The notes under the pieces are model-generated. The model did not search any database, was not told the origin of the DNA, and saw only the letters and a program-made list of their open reading frames with translations. Positions 23,984-37,355 of a stretch of 64,000 nucleotides of DNA are shown here, piece by piece. The DNA comes from Takakia lepidozioides (Eukaryota > Plantae > Bryophyta), in NCBI GenBank assembly GCA_030704615.1, contig CM060733.1:28582001-28646000 (forward strand), written 5' to 3'. Made by a program: the position numbers and the translations under genes. Position 1 is the stretch's first letter. The number at the start of each line of letters is the position of its first letter.

Positions 23984-26260
23984 GTATACAACTTGGTTAT
24001 CACCCATTGTGATAGTTCCCAAGAAGAATGACAAACTGAGAGTTTGTGTGAACTAAAAGAAAATGAATGATTGTACAAAGAAAGATCCATTTCCATTGCC
24101 ATTTACAAAAGTTGTACCTTGACACTGTGGCAGGCCATGAGATGTATTCATTCATGGATGGTTTCAATGGATCTAACCAAGTACAAGTAGCTGAAGAGGA
24201 TCAGGGGAAGATAGCTTTCATCACAGACTGGGGTGATTATGCATACAAAGTCATGCCTTTTGGACTTTGTAATGCACTAGCAACTTTCCAGAGAGTGATA
24301 AGTGAATCTTTCCATGAGTTTTTGGATGATTTTATGCAAGTGTTCTTAGATGACTTCAGTGTGTACAACTCTAAAAATGAGCACTTGCAGAAGTTGGAGT
24401 TATGTTTGGCCAGATGCAGGATGAGAGGTCTTGGTCTAAATCCAGAAAAATGTACTTTCTGTGTGAACTCAGGGGTACTTCTGGGACACATTGTGTGTAA
24501 GAAGGGACTGCTTGTGGATCCTAGAAAGACTGAGGCCATTAAAGCATCCCCACCACCAGTAAATGTTAAGGCTCTAAGGAGATTCCTTGGACAAACCAGC
24601 TACAACAGAAGGTTTGTTAGACGATATACACAGATGGCAGCACCATTGAGCAAGCTTTTGAAGAAGGATGCAGTGTTTGCATGGACAGCTGAATGCCAAC
24701 AAGCATTTGAGATACTTACATTGTCAGTAACAACTACACCTGTACTGATTAATCCTCACTGGCATGTGGTATTTCATGTACACTGTGATGCCTCAGGAGA
24801 AGCATTGGGGGCTGTGTTAACCCAAATGTCACAGGAAACATAGATTCAATTATGTACTATGCTAGCAGATTGTTGAACAGTGCTGAGAGGAACTATAGCA
24901 CTACTGAAAGAGAAACTTTGGAAATGATTTATGCAGTCAAGAAATTCAGGCATTACCTATTGGGAAGGAAGTTTATGTTTTGTGTGGATCATCAGGCTTG
25001 GATTAATCTGGTGAACAAGCCTTTGATAAGTGGCGAGATAGCGAGATGGTTGATTATCTTGCACGAGTTTGAATTCGAAGTTGTTTACAAGCCTGGACGT
25101 TTGCATCTTGTGGTGGATCACTTATCACGCCCATCAACAGGTGAACCTGCCACAAGGGTAGACGATCAACTGCCTCATGCGAGTTTATTTATAGTGGAAG
25201 TGCAGGGAAGTGCAGATGATTGGTTAGATTGGCAGTGGCCAATCAGATATTACCTTGTTCATGGTTAGTGCCCACCCAATTATGGGAAGGAGCAGAGGAA
25301 AAGAATAGCTATCAAGGCATTACCATACACTATGATAAGTGGAAGATTGTATAAGCTAGGACCTGATGGAGTTCTTAAACGATGTTTGTACCACCATGAG
25401 ATAAATAAACTTTTGGAAGAAGTTCATAAAGGAGTGACTGGAGGCCATTTTGGAGAAGAGACTACCAGTAGGAAAATACTACTTGCAGGTTACTGGTGGC
25501 CTACTTTGTTCAAGGATGTACACAAGTATTGCAAGAGTTGTGATGAGTGTTAGAGGCTAGGACCTTTGCAAAGATCTGGAAAGATGGCTTTGCATCCTAC
25601 GATGCCTATTGAACCATTCTAGAAATGGGGATTAGACTTTGTTGGACCAATTAATCCACCAGCCAGGAATACACAGAACAAGTATATAATCACAGCCACT
25701 AATTATAGTACAAAGTGGGTGGAAGCTAAGGCTCTGAGGGACAACATAGCTAAGTCCACAGCAAGGTTCATATATGAGAACATACTCACAAGATTTGGTT
25801 GCCCCCTGGAATTTATCAGTGACCAAGGAAGTCATTTCATTAATGAGACCATAGAACTATTGACTAAAGAGTTCATGATTGTGCACAGGAAGAGTACAAC
25901 CTATTACCCATAGGGCAACGGGCAGGCAGAGGCCACCAACAAAATACTATGCACTATCTTGGCTAAGATAGTCAATGCAAACAGAACAGACTGGGATACA
26001 AAGCTGTTGACAGTTTTGTGGTCATACAGAACTTCATATAAAGTCACCACCAAGTATACATCATTCCAATTAGTTTATGGTATGGAAGCTTTACTTCCAG
26101 TGGAATTCTTATTACCTACCATGAGAACTGAATGGGGAAGGATAATGGAATTGGAGGATTCAAATAAAGTAAGGAAACATGAATTATATCAGGTGGAAGA
26201 AGTACGTGCCGATGCAGCAGATAACATGACCAGAATTCAGATGAAGAGGAAGGATCAGTT
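23984..26260 (+). mobile_element. Older fragment of the element C family (RT-RNase H-integrase)
   Basis: Starts mid-RT at YTTWLSPIVIVPKK, closely matches C pol, many stops, ends at MKRKDQF. Confidence 0.92.
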
Positions 26261-29200
26261 TGTTTTTGTGAGGTTATCACCATATCCACGATACTCAAGA
26301 CAGCATTTCAGGGACTTCTTCCATCTTCTGCTGTCAAAATTCGAAGCCAAGCTCAAAGCCACCTGCAACGCTGCTCAAGCTATGAGCAAAGTACTAGCCC
26401 TGGCCCGCTCTCGGAAAATCAAAGCCTTGACAAAATGCCTTTCCGCTTGTCAAGCTAAAGTAGAATCCCCCAAATGTGATCTGCATACACACATGACCTA
26501 TCTAGAAGCCAAACATAAAACTTAAACTTCAAGCAAACATCAACTGGTCTACAAAGGGAGAGAAGATGACAAAATACTTCTTTGACAAAACAAAGCTTAG
26601 TAGATCCACCCAAAACATCACTGAACTTATCAACCAAACCTCGGGTGAGGTAGCCTCTGATCCCAAACAGCTAGCAAGACTGGCAGAAAGACACCTTCAG
26701 TCTCTTTTCTACAGCGGTTATGAGGGAGACACGACTCTATCTCATCATCAACTAGACTGCTTGTTAAAAACCCCCACTATCCTCTCTAGTGACCTAGCAG
26801 CTACTTTGGAAGGACCATTCTTAGAAAAGTAACTAGAGGTAGCCCTCTCCAAGATGCACAATGGAAAATTGCCAGGGCTGGACGGACTCCCAATGGAGTT
26901 TTACAAAAGCCTTTGGAAAGAAATTGCCAAAGACTTTCTCTCCATGGCAAATCACATCTTTGAGGTGGGTCTGATGCTTGCTTCCATGTCCCAAGGGATG
27001 GTGACTCTTCTCTTCAAGAAAGGGGACCGTACCAACATAACTAACTACCGCCCCATTATCCTTCTCAACGTGGCTTACAAGATCATAGCCAAAGCATTGG
27101 CGCTACGTCTCCGACCACTGCTGCCCAAACTAATTAGGCCAAACCAAACAGGTTTCATTAAGGGTTGGTACATCATGGATAACCTCCTCCTGGCTCAAGA
27201 GACGCCACACTTCGCTCAAAAAACAGACCAAACCATTGCTATGTTGCTCCTAGATTTCGAGGAAGCCTTTGATAGGGTGGAATGGCCGTACCTATTAGGG
27301 ACCCTTACCAAGGTAGGCCTTCCAGACTTGTTTTGTCAGTGGATCCGCATTCTACTCGCAAACTCCTCCAGCAGGGTCATAGTCAACGGGTATCTATCCA
27401 AACCATTTTCTCTTTACAGATCGGTCAGGCAAGGTTGCCCCCTTACTCATTTCCTTTTCCTATTTGTGGCAGATTCCCTGGGATATTTGTTAGAAAACAA
27501 CCATGACATCCTGGGACTTCAGGTCTGCAACTATCATACACAACAGCCGGCACAAATCAAAGACTCCATGTTTGTAGATGACACTCTTCTAATTCTGGAA
27601 GCAACCACAACAAACCTCAATAGCACATCAGAAACTCTGGATTCATTTTGTCGAGCTTCGGGGTTCAAAGTTAACTGAACCAAAACATGCGCAATCCTGG
27701 CGGGGAATACAACAACATCTCCATAGGCACCATCCCTACATGGGGTGCCCAACTAGGCCTCTCAATAAACAACATACCTAGGCTACACATTTGGAGTGGA
27801 TCTCACAGATGAGCAATGCTTAATTTGCTCCGACTCTGACAAAGCTAAAGAAGAAACTTGCCTTCTGGGGGTCAAAACACCTCTCCCTAAGGGCAGAGTT
27901 CTGGCAGCCAACCAGATTCACTCGGCTGGAATCTGGTTTTTCTCATCATCATGGAGGCCTGATCACCCCAAACTAAACAGATCAGAGCTCTCCTTAGGAA
28001 CTTTGTCTGGGGAGCCAAAGATTCAAACTCAAATCACAAAATACCACAAGTATCTTGGAAGCAAATCTGCCTCCCCAAAAAATTAGGGGGCCTTGGCCTA
28101 ATCAATCCAGACACACAAATCACGGCCCTACTTGGTAAATGGATACCACGCTCCTTCAGCCCAGAAGGGGGATGGTGGAAATTCCTGGTGGCAGGGAACA
28201 TCCAAACCTCCTCGCCTCTCAGACACTCTTTATGGAACCCATCTCGCTGGGTGACACAAGAATTCAAACACAAATTGGCTGGTTCCTCTCTATGGTCGAC
28301 CATCTGGCATGCATGGGGAAGGCTAAGACCTTTCCTCAAAAAATCTGAACCGCTCTCCTATGACGAAACCATGAGGCAACATTTACTTCTAAACAGCAAC
28401 AAACCATCTCAAGCTCAACGAACCCAGGCAAAAAGATGGTCTTCTTGGGACAGAAATGGGGTCACTCAAGTCAAAGACATCTAGTTCAACCACTCATTTA
28501 AGGACCATACATCCATAGCTCTCAAAATTGGCAAGGCGATGGCTGCAAGTGGCTATCAGACTGTCCAAGACTCTATCCCATCTTCCTGGCTTGCAATTTT
28601 GCAATCTGGAGGCTCATCTCCAAACACTAACTTCTGGACTCTGGGAATTGTGAACAACACCCTCTTGGTCTTCTTCATTCAGGATAGAGTTCAAAATGCC
28701 CTACTTGGATTTCCATTTTCAATCCACCCAGTTACAATGATTCTATCCCTTCAAAGCCAGACCCTGTTACATATCCCTCTATTCATTCATACACCCATAA
28801 GAGTTTGCTGCTGGTCCTCAAACTCAAAGGATATGAACCCGGAGCCAGACCCTACTATGCCCATTCATACCTGGCTAGCGAGTTCCACCTTCCTCTGGGT
28901 TCTGGGAAGGCCTCTGGCAGACCTGCAATTTGACCCCAAGGAATGGAGCTGGTCATTCAAAGGATCCCCAACCTCCGTCTTTGCATATACCACTAGGATG
29001 GCATACAGAGCCATGGTAGCCCCAGAACCCCTGCATGATAAATGGAACACCAAATGGCAATCCAACTGGAAAGCTATCTGGAGCTCTATATGGAAAAAAA
29101 CTAGGCCTGCAAAATTATATGCGTTCCTTTGGCAGATTGCAAATAGGGTGCTTAAGGTGGGAGAGTGGTTGCAATTTCAGGAAGCTCTTCTATGCAAATG

Positions 29201-30268
29201 TTGTACCTCAAGCTTGCTGGAAACGCTTGAGCATTGCCTTCTAGGCTGCCACGCTACCAGAAAAATCTGGACCCTAGTGAAAGAACTATACAGAGATTGG
29301 GACCCTCAGCCATTGTCACCCATCAAGCTGCTGCTTAACTATGACACTCACTCTAAAAGCACAGCAATACACTATCCGGTCTTCGAGTCTCTTCGAGCAA
29401 CTACTCTATGGCACATATGGAAATCACGGTGTGCCTGGTCACTGTCACATTCGACATGCTCTATGTCTGTACTGCTCTCAAAAAAATTCTGGGACTTGCA
29501 AATTGAGGCAAGAAAGGCATGGTTGAAACTGTATGCAGATATTCGAAGGGCCCCCCAAAATGCAGCAGGATTGCATGCCTCATTCCGAGGCACTTGGGCA
29601 GTCGGTGGGCACCTCTGCACTACCAACGATCAATCAATATGCTACTGGTCAACACTCCCTCCCGTCTCTTGGAGGGATCTCGGGACAACAATCCATGGGG
29701 GCATCCCCAAAGTTTGACAGGGATGTTAACTGGAGGCACATCAAGACGGCTGCTAGGCTCAGGTTTCGTTAGACAACTTCATATCCTCCTATGGACCCAA
29801 GCAGTGTAGCCAATCTTGTTCAGCTGAATCATTGCATAGTGATGCTTATCTTGAAACGCAACTACAAATCCTAGTTTGCAGTCCGTAGAGCTCTTGCTCG
29901 TCCACCCCGACCCCCTAAGCATCCACACCTTAGGGCTCGTCAAAACACTTCTCCTCTCGGAAAGCAATCCAACACTGAGAGAAAGGTTTTCATCCAGGAT
30001 TGGATGGATGGCCAATCTGGCTAGCACTATTTCACAGATCCACTGTGGAGATGTTTAGCATCCATCTAGGTTGATCCTAGTTGTTCTCGCATTTGATACA
30101 CTCCTTATAGGAGGACAGTTCCACCTTCACTGATTACGGTGTGTGTGCCTGTATGGCGTTTCAACGGGGTTTTAATTTTTTTCCCCACAAATAATTATTA
30201 TAATAAAGTTTCAGTGCCGAAGCCTTTTCTTTAAAAGAAAAAAAAATGAAAAAAGAAATAAAGAAAGA
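26261..30268 (+). mobile_element. L1-type LINE: ORF2 remnant lacking the endonuclease, plus 3'UTR and A-rich tail
   Basis: PGLDGLP.EFYK, NYRPI.LLN..YKIIAK, LDFE.AFDRV, VRQGCPL, FVDD, zf-RVT CxxC...ETLEHCLLGC; AATAAA near 30202 and A-rich run 30233-30268. Confidence 0.9.
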
Positions 30269-30299
30269 GACTGAAACATGCAGAAGCGATCAAGTAGAT

Positions 30300-31025
30300 T
30301 GTCGCGACCCTTTGCCTTGAGGACAGGGGGTCGGGATGCAGGAGGGGCTGCCCCTATGGTGGGGGCAGTGGCAGCGATAGGTACGGGGGGCTGAAGCACC
30401 CTTGAGTGCCCAAGGCACTCAAGGAGGCGGAGGCGCTCACTAGGTGGAGCCCCGCACACCGGATTGCGGTGGGGGTGGCTCCACAAGGGGTGGTGGTAGC
30501 TTAGCGGGACTTAGTGGGGGTGGCATATGACTCACCATGGGGCGAAGACCTTGTGGTGGGAGTCGTGGGGAGTCTTGGGACTCATCACGGTCCAATGGGG
30601 CCGTGGTGGGTGGGCCAAGACTCACCGTGACTTATCACCGGGAATCGAGGGTCTTCGTGGTGGTTCGCCATAAAATGGCATGGTTGTTTGTGAAACCCCC
30701 GCGGACAATCACAGAAGTATATATAGGGAGTAGTAACCCCGAGAATGGTGCAAGCCCGTTGGTGACCAAAAACTAGTGAGTAAGCGAGCAAGTCGGAAAG
30801 CGACCAAGGAGTGGGGAGCTTTTCCGGACTGCCAGCTACCGAAGGGAATTTCCACTAGGCCCAAATCGGTGGAGGGTCTTTTGGAAGAGTAAAGTGGGAC
30901 CGTTATGTCCCGGTGAGCAGCCGAAGCTCCAAGTTGGCCCGGTGGCCAGGTTGGGAGTTAGGCGCGCGCATCAAAGCGAGTAACTATGACTTGAAGGGGA
31001 GCTTACCGAAGTGAGGTGCGCGACA
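30300..31025 (+). repeat. Element B 5' LTR
   Basis: tgtcgcgacc...gcgcgaca. Confidence 0.95.
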
Positions 31026-31027
31026 CT

Positions 31028-31039
31028 TGGTATCAGAGC
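31028..31039 (+). promoter_or_regulatory. Primer binding site (tRNA-iMet) of element B
   Basis: TGGTATCAGAGC. Confidence 0.92.
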
Positions 31040-31080
31040 TTAGAGTCGAGTACGTGATCGTCCTTGGGATTGGCCTCATC

Positions 31081-34000
31081 ATGGGGTCGGGCAAGCCAAA
31101 GCCAAAGCGGAACGGCCCAAAAGATGATGATCCTGGTGAGCCCGATGGGGGCGACGTGTCACCGAAGCGGCCATTTGAGGAAGCGATGCATGCTTTTGAA
31201 ACCAGGCCGCTCAAGGACGGGAGGAATCTGAGGAGTCGGAGCCCGAGGAATTCCTGAGAGCTCCGACAAACCAACAGATGCCTCCCATGCCGGCAACCTT
31301 TTGGGAAGGGTTGTTGGCGCAGTTTGGCGGGACGTTGAAAGACGTGTTGAAGGCGGCTAATGCCACTTCCACTAAGGCAAAGTTTAAGGTGAAGCCTAAG
31401 GAACCCGGCACCTTCGAGGGCGTCCGAAATCGGAAGGCACTCAACACCTGGCTGTTGGAGCTAGAGCAGTACTTCCGGGCGGCCAAGTTGAGTGACGAGG
31501 ATCGGGTGGAAGTGGCTCCCACCTATTTGAGAGGCTATGCTCAACAATGGTGGCAGAAACGCCTTCACGACCGAGGTCCAAACCCGGAAACCTTGAACTA
31601 GAGTGGGTTCAAGGAATTGATGAAGAGACAGTTTATGCCCCTCAACGCGTCTTGGCTCGCCCGGGACAAGATGAGGAATTTGAAGCAAACGGGTGACATT
31701 CGGGGATATGTTCAGGCTTTCAATGTGCTGTTGCTCGAAGTCGCGGACATGGCAGAACCAAAAATGGTCTTCAACTTTGTGGCGGGACTGGCCCCATGGG
31801 CCAGACGGAAGTTGGAGAAGAAGCCACCTAAGACTTTGAACGAGGCAATTGAGAGGGCTGAATGTTTCTCGGATGTCCCTAAGGGTGAAAGACAAGGTCG
31901 TACGGAGCTGAACCATAAGAAAGCCCGGCGGTAGGGTGACTCTTTCCGACCGGAAAAAAAGTGGGATAGGCCACGCGGCGACAATGGCACGTGGAAATCA
32001 AAGGGAGGGCCTTCACACGTCAAGGCGGCACTCGGTGCTTCGAAAGGAAAAGCAGGTACGGCCACTTTTGGCGGACAGAAAGCGACCTTCGATGGAGTGT
32101 GCTTCAATTGCGGGGAGCTTGGGCACATGGCCAAGAAGTGCACAAATCCCCGACAATTGAACATGACTCGGGCGACCATAGAGCTGTCGGAAGATTCTAT
32201 CAGTCGCTTGGTGGAGGCGGTAGTTGCCAAGGCTTGCAAGGTAGGCAACTATTTTTGTGAGTTGTAACAGGAAACTGGCGCCCTGCGTAAAGGGAGTCAG
32301 TTATTGTTCGTGGATGGGATAATATCCGGAACTAACGTGTCGTTATTGGTGGACATAGGAGCGTCACACTCCTTCATGAAACCGGCAACGACACAAAAGC
32401 TGGGGCTCCCGACAAGTGACGTGGGGGCCTCTATTGAGGTGCGTTCTGCCAAAGGAGTTCTGCCAAAGGAGAACCGCAATTGGCGACGAGGTTGGCGTTC
32501 GATGTCCCTCTTCAACTGGGGAGTTGGGAGGGATGTGAGAACTTCACAATTTGCGAGATCGATGGAGTGGATCTCATTTTGGGGATGACCTTTTTGAGCA
32601 AATCCGGAGCGGTCATAGATGGCCGCAAGAGAGTAGTTACGCTGCCATGTGGGAATGGTGGCGAAGTCTTACGAGTGTCGGAAACGCCCAAACCCGTGGG
32701 AGAGCGAATAAACCTTCTGTCGGCAAGGAAGTGGGCCGTGGAGGAGTCACACGAGCCCCAGTTTTTGCTTTACGTAAGACATGTGAAGGGAGAAAGCGAT
32801 GGGGAGCCGAGCCCAAATTGGATCAAGGGGATTTTGGAGAAATACCAGGATGCGATGCCGGAGGATTTACCAAGCGGCTTGCCACCGTAAAGAGGAGTTG
32901 ACCACAAGATTGAGGTGATACCGGGATCGGAACCGCCTACCAAGGCGCCCTACCAGTTGAGCCACAGAGAGTTGGTCGAGTTGAAGACTCAGTTCAAGGA
33001 TCTAATGTCAAAGGGGTACATCCGGCCGAGTAAGTCACCTTACGGAGCTCCGGTGCTATTCGCAGACAAGAAGGATGGGACGCTGTGGATGTGTGTCGAT
33101 TACAGGGCTCTGAATAAGGTGACTATAAAAAACCGGTACCCTTTGCCAATGATCGACGACCTTTTGATCGGTTGGCAGGAGCAAAGTATTTCAGCCGGAT
33201 CGATTTGCGCTCCGGCTATCATCAAATTTGAGTGGCGGAAGGAGATGAGGAGAAGACCGCCTGCAGGACAAGGTATGGTTCATATGAAATCTTGGTGATG
33301 CCTTTTGGGCTCACCAACGCACCCGCGACCTTTAGCACGCTGATGAACAATCTTTTTTCAGGAGTGGTTGGATGACTTTGTGATCGTGTACATCGACAAC
33401 ATCTTGGTGTACTCGAAAACAAAGGAGGAGCACCTGGAGCACCTCAAAAGGGTGTTCCAGAAATTGCGGGAAGGGAAGCTGTATGCCAAATCTTCAAAGT
33501 GCGAATTCCGGGTCACAAAAGTGGAGTTCCTGGGGTATGTGATTACACAGGATGGGATCAAAATGGATAACAGAAAGGTGAGGGCGATCTTGGACTGGGA
33601 GCCTCCGACCTCGGTCCCGGGAGTGTGATCATTTCTAGGACTCGCTTCCTATTACCGGAAGTATGTGAGAAATTTCGCCAAGATCGCGGGGCCGCTGTCG
33701 GACCTTCTGTGTAAATCCAAAGTCTGGGTATGGAACACCTTTTGTGGCCAAGCTTTTGCTGAGTTGAAGCAGCGGATGGCGGAAGCTCCAGTCTTGAAAA
33801 TCTCGGAGTTCGACCATCCGATTGAGATTCATACAGATGCGTCGGACTTCGCGATTGGGGGTGTACTTATGCAAGATGGACGTCCAGTGGCTTACGAAAG
33901 TAAGAAACTGAATGAAGTGGAGCGACGGTGGCCGACGCACGAGAAATATGGGCAAGAGCAGTATGCGTAGGACTTACTTGAGGAGTATGTACTGTCACTT

Positions 34001-35727
34001 GGACGGATTCTTGTTGTACATGGGAAGGCGGTGGTGCATTGCCTTGAGCTTTGGTGCCACTATGTTGGTTCCAACCCAGTGAAGGTGTTCACGGACAACG
34101 TCACGGTGAAGTATTTTGCTACGCAGCCTAAGTTGTTCCCAAAACACTTAGGTGGCAAGATACTTTGGCGGTATTCGACGTGGATATCCAGTATAAACCG
34201 GGACGGGACATTGTGGTGGCCGATGCTTTAAGTAGAAAGCAATAGCTCATGTTGGTGTACAGGGGCGAGACGACACTCCAAAGGAAGATCTGGAAGGTTT
34301 ACCGGAAGGATGAGATGACGAAGTCCGTGATGTGGGACTTGAGGATGGGGGTTAAATCGCAGTTCCACTTGCAAAATGGACTGCTCCGGTATAAACAAAA
34401 GCGTCTTTACGTGCCGAAGGGAGGGATCAGAGATAGTCTCTTGAGAGAATGCCATGATGACCCACTTGCGGGCCACGGCGGAGCCAAGCGCACCGCGACA
34501 CTCTTGAAGAAAGAGTATTTGTGGCCCAAACTGAGGGAGGAGGCCGATGAGTATGTCAAGACATGCACCACATGCCAACAAAACCGGAGCGAGTACAAAA
34601 AGCAAGCGGAGTTGTTACAACCCTTGCCGATTCCAGAGGGGTCTTGGGAAAGCGTCTCGATGGATTTCATGACTGTTATGCCGCTGTTAAAAGGATTCGA
34701 TGCGATTATGGTGGTGGTGGATAGGTTCAGTAAAATGGGCCATTTCATCCCCACTAAGGAGACGACAACGGCACAAGAGACGGGGCGACTTTACTTTGCC
34801 CACATCTTCAAGCATCATGGACTCCCGAAGGATATTGTTTCGGACCACAATCCAAAGTTTATGAGTAAAATTTGGAGGGCACTTTGGAAGAAGATAGGGA
34901 CAAGGCTAAAGATGAGCACCGCCTTCCGACCTATGACGGACGGCCAAACGGAAAAAGTGAATTTCATGGTGAAGCAGATCTTGCGGAATTACATGTCGGT
35001 AGACCAATCAGACTGGGTGAAGCACATGGACGCGACAGAGTTCTATTATAATAACACAAAACACTCCGCAACAGAAGTTTCCCTTTTTGTATTGGTCTAT
35101 GGAAAAGCATCTCTGGTGCCGACAAGTTGGGCCGCCCAGGACGTTGAGGAACCGATAGTAGCGGCGGTACTAGAAGAACGCGAGCGTTTGTTGAAGCTCG
35201 CAAAGTACAATATTGCCAAAGCTAGGAAACGGTATGAAAGGCAGGCGAATCGGAAGCGGAAGAAAGTTAAGTTTGAGGCAGGCACAGAGGTCTGGTTGAA
35301 CATCAAGAATTTCCGACTAAATCCGGAAGTGAGTCCGAAGTTCGTACCTCCGTATGCGGGACCCTTTCGCATCCGCAAGGTTATGAATGAGGATGTATAT
35401 GAATTGGAGCTGCCGACAAACAGCAAGGTGCATCCGGTATTTCACGTTTCCCTTTTGAAGCCTTACTTCAAAGATGAAGTGCGTCCGAATCGGCATCAAG
35501 TGTTGCGTCCGCCACCTGTGCTGTTGGATCATGAAAATGAACCTGAGTACGAGGTGGAGGCAGTGCTTAAGTCGAGGAGGTTCAAGAATCGAGAAACTGA
35601 GTATTTCGTGAAATGGAAGGGCTATCATCATGTGACGGCATCTTGGGTGCGTGCCTCAGAAATGGGAAACGCATCCGAGGCGGTTGCAGCTTTCGAAGGG
35701 CGACCTCAAAAGCGGAAGAAGGGTTGA
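31081..35727 (+). pseudogene. Element B gag-pol, disrupted
   Basis: Gag, CCHC knuckle, protease, RT (YIDN, catalytic Asp lost), RNase H, 492-aa integrase-chromodomain ORF; stops and frameshifts. Confidence 0.93.
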
Positions 35728-36618
35728 TGGGGACATCAACCTTGGATCGTGGGAGGGAGGAAATGCATGCTTAGCCCGGCTTAGCTAGCTCAGGAATCCG
35801 ATTGCAAAAACTTGTGTTGTACAAATTTTGTTATAAATGGTTTCCAAATGTTGCGCCTCCTATTTTGTTTGGAATGGCGATGCATGGTATGGTTGGCTAG
35901 TGTGTAGAATGCATGCTAGCTTACAAAAGTGGGAGAGGTAAATTGGATTAATCGTGTGTTTGCGTAGTGCCGAAATCGGGTGACTCCCATCCAAGGGGCA
36001 AGGAAACTTGCGCCTTCCTTGGGAGCTCACGTGCTAGTGCACACCTGACACGTGCGCGTACTATAACTCCGCTACCGAGGGGGTTGCCTTGTAGTGCGGA
36101 CTAACGCGGAAGCTACGTGCTTCCGTTCACGTACTATAATCGTGTAGCCTCGGGACGAAGTCGTAGTGCGGCTTCGGCGTGTTCCCATACCTCAGACCAA
36201 CATTCCAAGGCGGACCCAATTGTAGTGATTGGGGCGCATGGTTAGTTCAAGGTTATCTTCCTAGTAAAAAAAGGTTCAAGGTGAACCATTGCTCAAAGAT
36301 GATGCCAAAAGCGGCATCATGAGTGATCGCAAACAATGTTGTTGCAGTAAGGCGATTTGATCCTCGGGGAGGATCGTTCCTTGGCTTTGAAGTAGGCCAA
36401 GAAGAGTGCACTGGGTGTGGCTTAAGAGGCTCCACCCTTGGTCGGGACTTGGAGGAAGTCGGCCGAATTAGCTAGTGGAGAGTAGAGTCAAGTGTTGGGT
36501 TTGGTTCTTTGCCATGGGACGCCATGGTACGGAAACAAACTCCTTGATGTGGGACGCCACAACTTGGATGTTCGTTTCTACAAAATGGACAAGTCGATGA
36601 GGACATCGACTCCCTGTT

Positions 36619-36630
36619 GGTAGGGGTGTG
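36619..36630 (+). promoter_or_regulatory. Polypurine-like tract of element B
   Basis: ggtaggggtgtg directly before the 3' LTR. Confidence 0.65.
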
Positions 36631-37355
36631 TGTCGCAACCCTTTGCCTTGAGGACAGGGGGTCGGGACGCAGGAGGGGATGCCCCTATGGTGGGGGCAGT
36701 GGCAGCGATAGGTACGGGGGGCTGAAGCACCCTTGAGTGCCCAAGGCACTCAAGGAGACAGAGGCGCTCACTAGGTGGAGCCCCGCACACCGGGTTGCGG
36801 TGGGGGTGGCTCCACAAGGGGTGGTGGTAGCTTAGCGGGACTTAGTGGGGGTGGCATAGGACTCACCATGGGGCGGAGACCTTGTGGTGGGAGTCGTGGG
36901 GAGTCTTGGGACTCATCACGGTCCAATGGGGCCGTGGTGGGTGGGCCAAGACTCGCCGCGAGTCATCACCGGGAATCGAGGGTCTTCGTGGTGGTTCGCC
37001 ATAAAATGACATGGTTGTTTGTGAAACCCCCGCGGACAGTCACAGAAGTATATATATGGAGTAGTAACCCGGAGAACGGTGCAAGCCCGTTGGTGACCAA
37101 AAACTAGAGAGTAAGCGAACGAGTCGGAAAGCGACCAAGGAGTGGGGAGCTTTTCCGGACTACCAGCTACCAAAGGGAATTTCCAATAGACCCAAATTGG
37201 TGGAGGGTCTTTTGGAAGAGTAAAGGAGACCGTTATATCTCGGTGAGCAGCCGAAGCTCCAAGTTGGCCCGGCGGCCAGGTTGGGAGTTAGGCGCGCGCA
37301 TCAAAGCGAGTAACTATGACTTGAAGGGGAGCTTACCGAAGTGAGGTGCGCGATA
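36631..37355 (+). repeat. Element B 3' LTR
   Basis: tgtcgcaacc...gcgcgata, followed by TSD. Confidence 0.95.

Larger units (their letters stand above)
30300..37355 (+). mobile_element. Element B: full-length Ty3/gypsy chromovirus (Galadriel-like)
   Basis: Two ~725-bp LTRs, TSD TAGAT at 30295-30299 and 37356-37360, PBS, PPT, chromodomain-bearing integrase. Confidence 0.95.

Noticed and set aside
25959-26525. Novel integrase-fusion protein
   Set aside because: Accidental in-frame junction between two decayed elements, both carrying nearby stops
36050-36110. Twister or hammerhead ribozyme in the 3' UTR of element B
   Set aside because: TAACTCCGC resembles a twister 5' strand, but the remaining conserved core and the hammerhead CTGANGA/GAAA boxes are absent
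30440-37173. Short ORFs recurring at 10202, 23798, 30211, 30537, 36578 and 36775
   Set aside because: They are translations of the GC-rich chromovirus LTR copies with no coding signature
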